Origin: Conidiobolus incongruus B7586
Taxonomy: Eukaryota
Length of the DNA: 64,000 nt
Assembly (NCBI GenBank): GCA_000697335.1
Contig: JNEM01012718.1
Location: forward strand, 1 to 64,000
Reading direction: 5' to 3'
Part shown: piece by piece, positions 11,786 to 24,000 of the stretch
Position numbering within the stretch: position 1 is the first letter of the stretch
Layout: each line of letters begins with the position of its first letter
The notes under the pieces: model-generated
Databases searched by the model: none
Told to the model about the DNA's origin: nothing
Seen by the model: only the letters and a program-made list of their open reading frames with translations
Position numbers and translations under genes: made by a program

Positions 11786-12341
11786 TGTCACGGTTATTAG
11801 CTCTTGGAGCGTCATTGAGGACACTGACACAGCCATTCTGTAGGCCAGATTGTGAAACATGATACCTACCAGCTGGGGTAAACTACCAATGATCAGATCT
11901 CTGGCTATTCGGCCTTGATCACTTGTAAATGGGGCTTTGTACAGAGCGACTAGACCAGCAGCAACAGTGGCGGCGTTAGGATCCGACATGCTAAAAGATG
12001 GAATCAAGGAATATCAATAGGAACGGGTTTAGAAGGATTAGTGTAAAATGACTCAAGTGGAACTATGAGCAGTTACTTGAGTATACCAAAAGGGTTGGCT
12101 TTGGATGTAGGAAAAAGGTTTATTAATGTAAGAAAGTAAGGTAAGAGAGAGAGATCAAGAAGGGAGCCGAGCCCTTCTTATACTTAAGTGAAATATATAG
12201 GCATAAGTATGCACGGATGAGTAACAGTGAGGTCACTCAGACGTGGACTGGTAAAATGTTGATAAGGCCTAATTTGGTTAATCAGGTACTTAATAGTGAA
12301 TTGGAGTGAAGAAAGGTATCAATTAGGTAGCAATCGTCACA
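11786..12341 (-). mobile_element. Solo LTR, family A, copy 2 (556 bp)
   Basis: Essentially identical to copy 1; the only difference seen is A11737 versus G12298. Flanked by ATCAG at 11781-11785 and 12342-12346. Confidence 0.88.
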
Positions 12342-12346
12342 ATCAG

Positions 12347-12647
12347 TGTGACGGATCTGATCCTGTTTCTCCTACCATCTAGCCAATAGAATCATATCAT
12401 GTGTATATGGCTCAATCTCAATACTGGTATTACCATATAAATACCATCTTTAGTACAATAACCTAGCCTTGGCTTGTTATTGTGTGCAATATCTACAATA
12501 AACCTTACTTATTTGCCTTAATATATTTCTGTTTATTGGTGGTTCATCCACCAGTATACAGCACAGTTCTAGTTGTGCGGGTTATGGATTGGTGACAACT
12601 CCCTGTAGATCATGATTTCAGTGGTAATGCCACTGAGAACAGTGACA
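12347..12647 (+). mobile_element. Solo LTR, family B, copy 1 (301 bp)
   Basis: Runs TGTGACGG...CAGTGACA with CCAAT, TATAAATA (12436) and AATAAA (12497). Flanked by ATCAG on both sides. Confidence 0.85.
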
Positions 12648-12652
12648 ATCAG

Positions 12653-13217
12653 TGTAGCGATTATTAGCTGTTTGGGTGTCATCGAGGATACTGACACAGC
12701 CATGGTGTAGGCCAGATTGTGAAGCATTGTGCCTACAAACTGAGGTAGGTTACTGATAATCAGTTCTCTGGCTATTCAACCATGATTACTGTTAAATGAA
12801 TCATTAACAAGGGTGACTAGATCAGCAGCAGTGGCAGTATGAGGATTTGGCATGCTAAGAAAACAAATTACGGAATATCAATAGGAATGGATGTAGACTG
12901 GTAATGGAATATGTCTCAAGTAAAGCTATAGGTGGCTGATTGAGGATGCTCGGAAGCGTACTAGGAATACGAACTTGAGGTTTATTTGTAAAGTAGAATA
13001 GAGAATGTATCTGTAAATTAAGTGGGAAGTGTTGGTATAAGTAGACCATTACAGACTAATAGCATGATTGTAAGAGCATCTGCATATTGCATTATCAAAT
13101 GTTTAGAGCCTTGTTTATAATTGGTTAGGATTATTTATATGGCTTAATTGGTATGATACGGGATTTAGTGGTGGGTTTTGAGTGAAAGAAGGTATCAATT
13201 AGATAACAATTGTCAGA
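12653..13217 (-). mobile_element. Solo LTR, family A, diverged copy 3 (565 bp)
   Basis: Clearly homologous to copies 1 and 2 (for example CTGACACAGCCAT, GTAGGCCAGATTGTGAA, AAGGTATCAATTAG). Termini are mutated (TGTAGCG...TGTCAGA). Flanked by ATCAG. Confidence 0.82.
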
Positions 13218-13222
13218 ATCAG

Positions 13223-13531
13223 TGTCACAGCTCTCAGCGGCATCACCACTGAGATCATGATCTACTCGGAGTTGTCACCGATCCATAACCAGCACAACTA
13301 GAACTGCACTGTATATTAGTAAGTAGACTACTAATGAACAGAAATATGTTAAGAACAAGTATAAGGTTTATTGTAGATATTGCACACAATAACAAGCCAA
13401 AACTTAGTCATTGTATCAAATATGGTAATTGCACAATAATTCAAGTATTGAGATAGAGTCATATGCATATGATATGATTCCATTGGTAGAATGCTATGAG
13501 ACTTAGGAAAAATGGGGCCAGATCTGTCACA
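13223..13531 (-). mobile_element. Solo LTR, family B, copy 2, inverted relative to copy 1 (309 bp)
   Basis: Reverse-complement homolog of 12347-12647 (TGTCACAGCTCTCAGCGGCATCACCACTGAGATCATGATCTAC...). Flanked by ATCAG at 13218-13222 and 13532-13536. Confidence 0.85.
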
Positions 13532-14029
13532 ATCAGTATCCCTTTGATATTATATAAGAATATTACTACAGCTCAAGATATATTTTAAATTTGTTTCTTT
13601 GTCAAATATAATGCGCTACTTGATTTTATTTATCATATCTTTTTACCTTATTCTACTTTTATAATTTTTTTCATATTCTTTTTTTTTATAAATTATTTTT
13701 CCTTGTTCATTTTTCAATATTTTTATTTCACTAAAATATTTTACAAAAAAATGGAAGTACAAAGCAATACACCTTTATATTTTACAGCATCAAAATGTAT
13801 ATTAAGTTATCATTTTTACTGATATCAGCTTAGTTGATTACACATCAAAATGGCATCATTCTCGCTACAGTCTATATTAGGAAAATTATGGATCACATTG
13901 AACTGAAAAAGAATTAATGATATATGCAAATAAACCCATATTCATCTAATTTATTTCAAAAAATATATAAATCTCCATTTGTCTGAGTTTAAGTTAATTT
14001 ATTATTGATAAATAATTAAATAATATAAA

Positions 14030-16476
14030 ATGTCTAAAAAATATTGGAATAATAATCAAGTTAAACAATTTTTAGAACAACAGTATAAATTAATCACGAA
14101 TGAAAGAGAAACTGATATTGTTGGAATTCAAAAGGGAATTGAATCGTATAGCGTGAGTGAATTGGGTAGATTGGGTTGGGCCATTTTAAATTTAAGAATT
14201 TCTGCAACAAAAACTGGTCTTGGTGGTAAAACGTAATATCCTTGTTATTTTTGGGTGAATTTAACGTCATATTAAAATTTAATTAGAGTTATAGATTTGG
14301 AGCCTGAAGATCAGGAGGATGATTTATTACCTTATCATTTGGTTAAAACTGGCGACGTCGTCGCATTAGAACCTCATGGGAGTAGCAAACCTGTCAAAGG
14401 AGGAAATGACCAAACTCAAGGAACTGTAATTAAAGTATTATCAAATAGAATTGTACTATCTCTTCAGGATGAATTGGAAGATTCAGAAGGGATTTGGAGA
14501 GTGTGAGTTAAATATTATATTTATCAAGGTCAAATTACTAATTCAATTATGATGATTACTATTATAGTATTAAATTGGCAAATGAGATCACTTTTTCAAG
14601 GTATTCAATTTTAAAACGAGATGAATACCCGATTAGCTAATAATATTATATTATTGTGCTTTAGAATGACTAAAGTAATTAATCATCTGAGCTCAAAATT
14701 AGAAAAAAATACTCTGAGTTCAGTTGAAAGAGTATTACTTAACATGCAAAGCCCTAGATTTAATTCAACAGTGAATGATGATAATTTGGAGTTGTTTGAC
14801 TCTAGTTTAAATTCTTCACAAAGAGAGGCAATCAAACTAGCTTTAAATGCTGAACATGTTGCTTTAATCCATGGACCACCAGGGGTAATTTATTTCAATT
14901 TAATTCTAGACCTATATTCATTTAATGTGATTTAGACGGGAAAAACCCATACATTGATTGAGTTGATTTTACAATTGATCAAAAGAGAGCTCAGAATTCT
15001 GGTGTGCGGCCCCTCCAACTTGTCAGTTGACAATTTAGTCGAAAGATTAGCAAAACACCAAGTGAATCAAATCAGATTAGGTCATCCAGCCAGAATTTTG
15101 CCCTCTGTAATAGATCACTCGCTAGATATCAAATCAAAATATTCTGATGAAGGTCTTATAGTTAAAGATATCAGAAATGAAATGGACGAATTGTTAAGTA
15201 AAGCAAGTGTAACAAAGGCTCGTGCGGAACGAAGAAAGATTTATACAGAGTTAAAAGAGTTGAAGAAGGATTTCAAAGCAAGAGAACAAAATGTTTTAAA
15301 TAATTTGCTTAAGAATGCCCAAGTGGTACTAAGCACATTAAACGGGTAATTTTACTGACTCAATGACATGACTTAAATATTAATTTAGATATCACTCTTT
15401 ATAGATCTGCATCTAAAAATCTTTATAATCAGCATTTTGATGTTTTAATTATTGATGAAGCGACACAAGCTTTAGAAGGTAATTAAAATTTTTATATATA
15501 GTTAAAATATACCATTAATAATGTTGTTTTTAGCGGTAAATATATTTTAATTTGACTATAAGAATATAGATAATCTAATATTATCTAGGAATGTTGGATT
15601 GCTATCACACAATGTCCCAAAGTAATATTTGCTGGTGATCACCATCAATTACCACCAACTGTCAAAAGTTCTAATCCAAAATTGGAATTGACTTTATTTA
15701 AGAGATTGCTATCATTCCATGGTAATTCAATAAGAGCAATGTTAAATGAGCAATACAGAATGCATCAAGATATTATGGAATTTTCTTCTCATTATTTATA
15801 TGAGGATAAACTTGTAGCTCATTCTAGTGTAAAAGCACATCTCCTAAAAGATTTAAAAGAAGTTGATGCTGACAGTGATGACGTGGTCAATACTCCACTT
15901 TTATTTGTTGATACCGCTGGATCAGATCTTTTAGAATCATCTACGACTGATATTAACTCTGATAATTCGTTTTCATTAAATAAATTAACTGATGATAGTA
16001 AGCTGAATATGGGAGAAGTTCAGCTGGCTGTATCTCATCTCAAATTACTTATCAGTACAGGGGTAAAGCCTAGTCAAATCGCAGTCATATCTCCATATAA
16101 CGGCCAAGTAACTCAGCTCATATCAGAGATTAAACCTATGTATCCTGAAGTTGAAATAGGGACTGTTGATGGATTCCAAGGAAGAGAAAAAGAGGCAGTG
16201 ATCCTAAGCTTAGTCAGAAGCAATTTTGATCATCAGGTAGGATTTTTGATGGACTATCGAAGATTAAATGTTGCAATCACTCGTGCTAAACGTCATCTTT
16301 GTGTAATTGGTGACTCTGATACAGTGATGTCACCACAGCCTTCTTCTCCAACTACTAAAGATCCAAGGGAGGATTCAGATTCTGATAAAATTGATGGCGC
16401 ACAATTTTTAATTAATTTAGGTGAATATTTGAGTGATCGAGGGGAAGTATGGACACCTGAAATGTACACTGAATAA
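14030..16476 (+). CDS. HCS1: SF1 Upf1-like helicase, IGHMBP2/Hcs1 family, multi-exon
   Basis: Motifs TGLGGKT, LNSSQREAI, IHGPPGTGKT, GPSNLSVDNL, RLGHPAR, DEATQALEAECW, GDHHQLPPT, QYRMH, ISPYNGQV, TVDGFQGREKE and RRLNVAITRAKRH. Confidence 0.92.
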
Positions 16477-16739
16477 TTAATTTTTCAAACAGCAATGATA
16501 TTACATGTATCATTTCCTCATCAATTATGCTTAAACAAATTTCCAAAATCTTTACATTGGTTCTTAAACTGATTATCATCGCACAAAACCAATAAACTCC
16601 AAATATTTATATTCATATTGAATTAGTTTTGAATCTAAATTCAATATTAAATATAATGTTTTTCTATTAATTTTGTTATACCAACAATTAGTGAAATCTG
16701 ATATGAATAAATATTACTCTGTATTTTAAATAATGGGAA

Positions 16740-18005
16740 TTTTTGCAATTGAAAACAAATAAATATTTTAATATATAATATATAAAAATAAATATATAAT
16801 ATAAAATTAATAATTTGTTTTATTATTAATCTTTTTGCTATACTTTTAATAAACTTTTAACATTTAAAAAATAATTTTTTTATTAAAGATTAAAATTTAA
16901 TGGTTTATAAACTAATTAAATTTTTCTATAGAAATTTTCTTCTTTATTAGCTAGTTTTTTAATTGTTTTAAATAATTATAATTTTATAAGTAATAATTTA
17001 AAAAATATATTAAATATGATAGTTTTTTTAATTAAAAAATATTAGAAAATTTATTACAACTTTAACTTTATATATTATATAATATCATATAAAATAATAA
17101 ATTTTCTTAAATAATATTAAGAACACTAATTAAAAATAGTTTTAATAAAATAATATAAAGTTTATTATTAATTAATTTTTCTTCAAAATTTAAATAAAAA
17201 TAATATATACTATTATTATCTATTATAACAATTAATATATACTTATAAAATATTTATTTAAAGGAATTTATAAGAGGGATTAATTTAATTAAATTAATAT
17301 TTTGATTTATATTTTAATAAAAGATTATACAAAAAGATTTAAGATTTATTAATTATAATAATTTATTATAAACACTTTAGTTTTTATTTATACTTTAATA
17401 AATTTTATTTAAAAATAACTATTATAACCTTTTTTAAGTTTTTGTTAAATTATAAAGTATTTATTTTATATGTTTATTAATTAATTTAAACTTAAATGTA
17501 TATAAAATACTTAAGTTATTAATATTAAAGTAATTTAGTAATTTTTTAATTAAATAAAAAAATGTTTATTAATATATTTTTTAAATCTATTAATAATTAA
17601 AAGAGTTGTAATTAAAATTAATTTTTATATTTTAATGTTTTAATTAGTTCTTTTTAATTTTAAAATAATTTACCTAACAATAAATAATTGATTTAAATAA
17701 TAACTTATTATTAAAAGTTACTTATAAATTTTAAATAATTTTAAAGGGTTTATAGTTAAGTTTTACTAATACTAAATTAAAAATCTTTTAATAATTACTA
17801 TTTAGTTTCAGTATAATTAAATTAAATAATAAATTCTAAAAAAGTTGATTTTTTAATCAAAAAAGCTATTATATATATATATATTCTCTTATTTATTATA
17901 TATATATATATTCTTTTATTTATTATATATATATATATATATATTATTTTAAACTAATAATATGCTTCAAAAATCAGAAATTAAAAAATTTCTTATTTCT
18001 TCAAA
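16740..18005. repeat. Extremely AT-rich dispersed repeat, copy 1 (about 1.2 kb), probably a hypermutated transposon relic
   Basis: Colinear with about 36455-37615. Shared blocks include TTTTAATAAACTTTTAA, ATTAGAAAATT, TTTTGATTT.TATTTTAATAAAAGATTATA, TAAAATAATTTAC and AAAATCAGAAATT.AAAAATTT. Boundaries are approximate. Confidence 0.7.
17871..17945. repeat. Compound (TA)n microsatellite with a duplicated TTCT(C/T)TTATTTAT spacer
   Basis: Directly visible in the sequence. Confidence 0.8.
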
Positions 18006-18212
18006 CCAACAGTAATATATTGACAATGTTTTATTTTTGAATAATATATTGTGATAGCATTGGAATCATTTAGAATTTGTAATAGGCTGATTATAATGTA
18101 CTATGAGTCTAACTTCATAACTAAAGCATATTCATATTATTCAAAACAATTAAATAATATAATTGTTCAATCATTTTTAGTATTACTGAGAATTTTGATA
18201 TTAAATAAAATA

Positions 18213-19434
18213 TTAAAGATGTGATATTTGACAATTTTCCTGGACTTTAGTATTCTTCTTAAATTCTTTTGAATATCTTAATCCACATGTATTAGGCAAA
18301 CTAAATACACTAATAATATAATTACAAAATATAAACAGAAGGGACTTACGTTTTAGAATCATGAAGAATTTTATTGCATTCGAGGGACTCGGTAATATTA
18401 CATTCTGTAAAAAATTCTTTCTTGTAAAGCATATTTAAAACCAAAAGAAAGTTAGAGAACAGAGAGTTTGAATTGATAAAGGCACATACCTTTTTAGACG
18501 GATGTGGATCAACAGGAGGAGATTTATTCGATAAGAAATTATCTGACAAACCTGTAACTGGATTGAATTATGGTGCTTGCTGAGACATGAATTGCTGAGA
18601 ATCTACCTCACCAGCTTGTAATCTGAGTTGAATTAACTTGGCCTTTAATAGTTCATTCTGGTTTTGGGGTGCAAAAAGGAGTCTAACATGGGAGCAGCCC
18701 TAGTGGGATAGGGTCTAGCCATAATAAACTAACACTTGGGAAAAATCTCCTCTATCGCTGTCAAAGTAAGGATGACTATGAACTTCTAATACAATGAATT
18801 TATCATCCATCTTTCCAAAACGATGAAAGAATTTTACGCAGCCGGAATGGGTACTTGGATGCTCAAATAATGGTGTTGATATCGTCAATGTAAATAAAAC
18901 TGGTAACATTTCTTTCAATTAAGTCGTCTGAAGAATAGTCAATAGTTTGTAAACAGGAGGGAGAACAAAATAAAAAATGTTAGAGGGTGAAATGAGGAGT
19001 AAATCCTGTAATTCTGATAAAATATTCATAGTTTAATTCTTTTAGTATAATCGGTTAAGTGAGCTCCGGTAAAGTTTATATTGATGCTGTCTACTTTTGG
19101 AGAGTAGAAGGATCGTTCCCTTCAATGAATTGGAACTCTTGTTAAAAGTAGCAAGAGTTTATTTGAATCACCTGGCAATTGGACATGTTAGATATTAAAA
19201 CAAATTGGACTATCAGTGTCAAAGTTGGAAACAAGAGTCATTTGAAAGTTGATGAATTTCTGATTAGTGAGAACAAATAATGAAACCGCGATTAATGATG
19301 CTCAAGTACCCATTCATTCAAAGAAATAATCAAAGATGATAATGAAGTAATACTATTAATTCCTTATTCCAATTAGGATTTAAAATGAAATATTCAGGGA
19401 AAAAATTATAAATACTAAAATCACTCCGACTCAT
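18213..19434 (-). pseudogene. wc-2: White collar-2 (WC-2/MadB-type PAS plus GATA zinc finger) pseudogene
   Basis: Frameshifted fragments: YTKR..ILSELQDL, CSPSCLQTIDYSSDDLIERNVTSFIYIDD, KFFHRFGKMDDKFIVLEVHSH, ARPYPTRAAPMLDSFL..NELLKAKLIQLR, and a degenerate finger FTECNITESLECNKILHDSK|TLPNTCGLRYSK. A GT-AG intron is retained at 18301-18349. The start position is uncertain. Confidence 0.85.
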
Positions 19435-21041
19435 TTTTCAGTTTACTCAAGTTTTGGATTTTGAACAAAATTTGTTTATATCGAACTCCTTCTCGATCTA
19501 ATCACTTCAACAATAAAAGTTATTATTATTTTATTCCCAAAATTAAATTATTATTTGATAAACACATATGATCGTCAAATGTAAGAATCTTTCAATGCCT
19601 TACTCGATAGCATATTAACAATGGAAAAGTGGTTTAAATAATTGCTGAACAAATTTGATATGAAAATTGAATCTAATTAATATCCGATTGGTTAAAAATC
19701 TAATTGAATCCAAAGACCACGTCAAATTATTCAGTTTTGATTAGATATTAATAGCCTAAATATCTAGTTCTATTTGACAAACATAATAATCGTCTCTATA
19801 ATGTATTAAAATTGAATATAATTGTACAGAATATGTGATATATTTCTAAAAATAATATGTTTTTACAAAATACTAAATATTTCGCTCAATACAATGTAAT
19901 ATATCTAAATTACTCTTAAACTATTAAAAGTAATATTCAATGTCATCTTAGTAATTATATTGATAAAGAATTCAAAATAAAATAATGTAATATAAAAAAT
20001 TAATTTGAATACTTTGAAATTTTGCAATATTTGAGATAAATAATCATTTATTAAGTCAATTCATGTCAAATAGAAAAATAAGTTCAAAAAATTTTCAATA
20101 TTAAAATATTTATCAATTGTTTGATCATGATTATTTTCTATCAGTAATTTTTAGTAAATGTTCTGATTTTTGTAATAGATTAGAAAAGATATTGAGAAAA
20201 TATAATTAATGATATTAATAAAATATTTAATTTATAGATTGTAAAAAATGAATTTGATTAATTGCTATCCACTTAATTATAATAATAATAATAATAATAG
20301 TTATAGCTTCTCTTACTCTTTGAATTATTTGTTGCCAATTAATTTTAACAGTTTTTGGATAAGTAATTATCCATTATAAAATATTTCGCTAGTTGTACAA
20401 ATAATATGATATTATACTAGGTTATATTTCATTTATATTGATAACTTATTAAATATTGAAATATTCTTTATTTTTCTTTTCAGTTTACCTAATTCAAGTA
20501 TAATTAATGATATCGAAATAAATTTTCAAAGTATGTTTATTGAAACACAAAATTTAGCAATATATACATATATAAGACTTGAATTTATTTCAAACGGATA
20601 CAATTCTATCAAAGTTGTTATTATTATTAGTAATTTTTATCATTGCAATAATTATCCATATAGTTTAATATACAGAAAAATAGACAACTATAAAATGTTT
20701 TTACATTGAATTACTCAGATACTCAAAAGTGAGATAAAAATAGCCATTGTTCATAATATTTGACTATATAATAATTAACTATTTCAATAAAAATCTGAAA
20801 ATCATCATAAATGTTAATAAAATTATCTATTATAAAATTAGTACTCTGAATTTGCTAATAAATTGTAATGAAGTTTAAAAATTACCAAATATAAAAAATT
20901 AAATAATGAGGATTATTAGATATGTTAGGATAATTATAAACTTAATTATTTTAAATAATAAATTGGTTGAACATACATAATAATAGTGATATAACTTTAT
21001 TTTGATAATATCATCTAATAAAAATGAAAATATTAGATAAA

Positions 21042-24000
21042 TTAGGATAAATTTTTGAGCTGATTGATAATATCTTTAACTTGATTGATTTTGAGTTCAA
21101 GTTCTTCGTCCTTAGTAGAAGTCTTAGAAGCTGATAATTCGTCTAATTTAACTCCTAATTTGTTTAATATGGAATTCGTTTCCGAAATAATCTGAGCTAA
21201 TCCACTACTCTTGATTTCATCACCTTGAGAATTGTGGAAATTTAGAGCTACCTGGGAGATGAGGAGAATGCATCCAGATATCAGGTTATTTAATATGACA
21301 ATACAGTTTTGTTTCTTAAAAATATTCTTGGATTCGGTCATCTTGATGGTTTCATGGAATGAAGTTTCTTCATGGTTGAGCATATCTAACAATGTTCCCA
21401 AAGTAGCTTGCTCTCCTGGGTGATTCAACACTTTAGGCTCCATTAAAAGTCTATAAGCCGGCTTAGATGATGCAAATAAGTTAGATAAATTATGGGGACT
21501 AACACCATCTACATTGAGCAAAAAGTGTAGTGAATTCTGAATCAATTGACGGATCACGCATCCAAGTCTGAAAGATAATGCACTTTGGAAGATTTCATCT
21601 GTGATTTGTAATGTATTGGAGGAATCTTTGGCACTAGATAATTCGACATACTTGAGAATCTCCATGTGTTCTCTGTAGCTAATGTTGGTAAAACGGGATT
21701 GGGTATCCAATGGATGTAACAAGAAATAGACCAATCGGCTCAATAGTGATGAAATTGAGTAAGAAATTTCAGGGGATTGGCGCAATAAATCAAGCATCCA
21801 GTAGGAGCGACTAAAGGTGGCAAAGAGTTGAAGCACTAAGCCTGTTTCAACAAGTAAATTGAACGAAAGATTGAGATCTTCACGAGCCAATGAAGTTAAA
21901 AGACCCACAAAATGAGTCCAATATATCTTGATAAATTCAGTAATTTGTCTTTGAAATTCAACAGAATCGGAGAAGTGCTCAAACAAACGATGAGCCAGCT
22001 CAAGGATACGATGCCATACGATATGGTTGTTTTCTGAAATGCCAGGATAATAGCTGTAATTGTGATGTGTGAACTTGGAGATAAGGCCAATCTTTTCTAA
22101 GCATGGAATTGGGCAGGGGATAGAAGCCATAGAAAGAAGGAAATCTAAAGTGACTAATGGGAAAGAACTCATATTGGGATCAGTATGGCGGTAGCAATAT
22201 AATAGCCAGTCAGCCACATTTTCCAAAACTTTAGTTTGCTCAAAGCAATTGATCCACAATCCGGGTCTAGGACATAATGGATAGCTAAAAAGAGATTTCA
22301 AGCAGGAGAGAATGGAAGCAATTGTTTGGTGAGTCTCAATATAAGCATCTTGAACTGACATATTAATTAATAAATCAATTATTTTAACTTGATTATTGAT
22401 CATATCAATACAAGCTTTTTCGAATTGTATTAATTCATGAGACTTCTTGGAAAGAATGATGTCATTACGGTTAAAAACATTGAAAATAGATTCGAGGGCC
22501 TTGGAAAGTTGATAGTAGCATGAGAGAGTACCCATAAATGTTTTAACATCGGATGACAGTGCCTTGATCAAATCTGTTGGAGAAGTTAAGTGTGATAAGT
22601 CGGTCAAAGTCAATACTAGCTTAAGTACATCAGCCGAATCATTCGAGGTCGAAGTGCCCACAGCTTGATTGGTTGTTCTGATGGATACAGAAGAAGACAC
22701 CTTTTGAATCTTTAAAATGAGGTCACAATATTCAGCACTGTTGAGCGCAAACTTAGAAGAAGAATCTGATTCGTATAGAGATTTTGAGATGTTTCTGAGG
22801 TAAGATAAAATCAAGGAATCTTTATCCTTTACCGATGGCCAGAGCTTTTCATCAGAAATCAGTGAGACAAGCATTAGTAATTCTGAAAAACTGTCAATAT
22901 ACTTGGAGAGAGATGACTTCAGAAGGGAGGCATGGTTGATTTGCTCGACTAAGTCGGGTATGGATGATATCGCTTCTTGTTGACTTGGAGTGAGATAGAT
23001 TAAGTTGTAAGAAATAACTTCAATCATAAATTCAATGGAGTATAAGAAATCAGATCCAAAAATTCTATATGGATCTAAATCAGAAGCTAAATATCTCTTT
23101 TCCAAGACAGTTGAATTGCTGATATGGAAATGATTTTTCAAGGTTGAAGCAAGGAATTGAATATCATTAAAGGGATCGTTTACCGAGAAGAGAGAAATGG
23201 AATCTGAAATAGCATTGACACTGTCTTTGAGCACAGCTTTTACCAATCCGATAAATTCTAGACTGGGTTGATTGAGAGTTGACTCAGAGCCAAAAATAGA
23301 TTGGACTTCATGACACAAGATGTTAAAAAAGTGTGAATTAGATTGATATAAAAATGCATCAAAATCATCATCTTGGTTCTTAGAATAGTCGTAAAATTTC
23401 TTAAGGACTTTCCAAATATAGTCGCCATTGGAGAGATGATTGCAGGCATCGGTAAAGTGAGACTTATGAGTCCAAATGGTGCTAAGACACTGTAATAAGG
23501 CCTTTCGGACATTACTGGATATCTCTTCTAAGTCACTAATCTTATCGAGGGAATTTTTCAAGCAAGTGATGATGGAGTTGGGAGAAGATTTAATTATTGA
23601 TTGGCTCGAAGAAGATTTAGAATGTAAACTAGTGTCATTTAGAGCCTCCAGGTAAGATTCACCAAATAAGAGCAAATTAGCAAATCCTGGATTAACTACA
23701 ACAGCAGTCGAAATGAAATTCCAAAGCTGGGATTGGACAAGATCATCAAACTGACCGGTCTTAAAGATATTAGACAATTGGGCGAGAGTAGAGTTGATAT
23801 CCGAAGTAAAAGAATGAAGGAAAGTGTTGCTATTACAACCAGAAAGGAGTAATTGCGTAAGTAGTATAATGGTTGATGAGATTATAACTGGACTAATACT
23901 GTTATCGATGAATTTAGCCAGAATATCAATAAAAGCTCTGTTTCCAACAGAATAATCAATGAAAACAGAAATTAGTTCGTTAGAAGATTCCGAAGTATTA

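Noticed and set aside
11220..13536. True CRISPR array
   Set aside because: The repeats are only 5 bp, the spacers are 300-565 bp LTR-like units, the context is eukaryotic and no cas genes are present. The similarity is only architectural.
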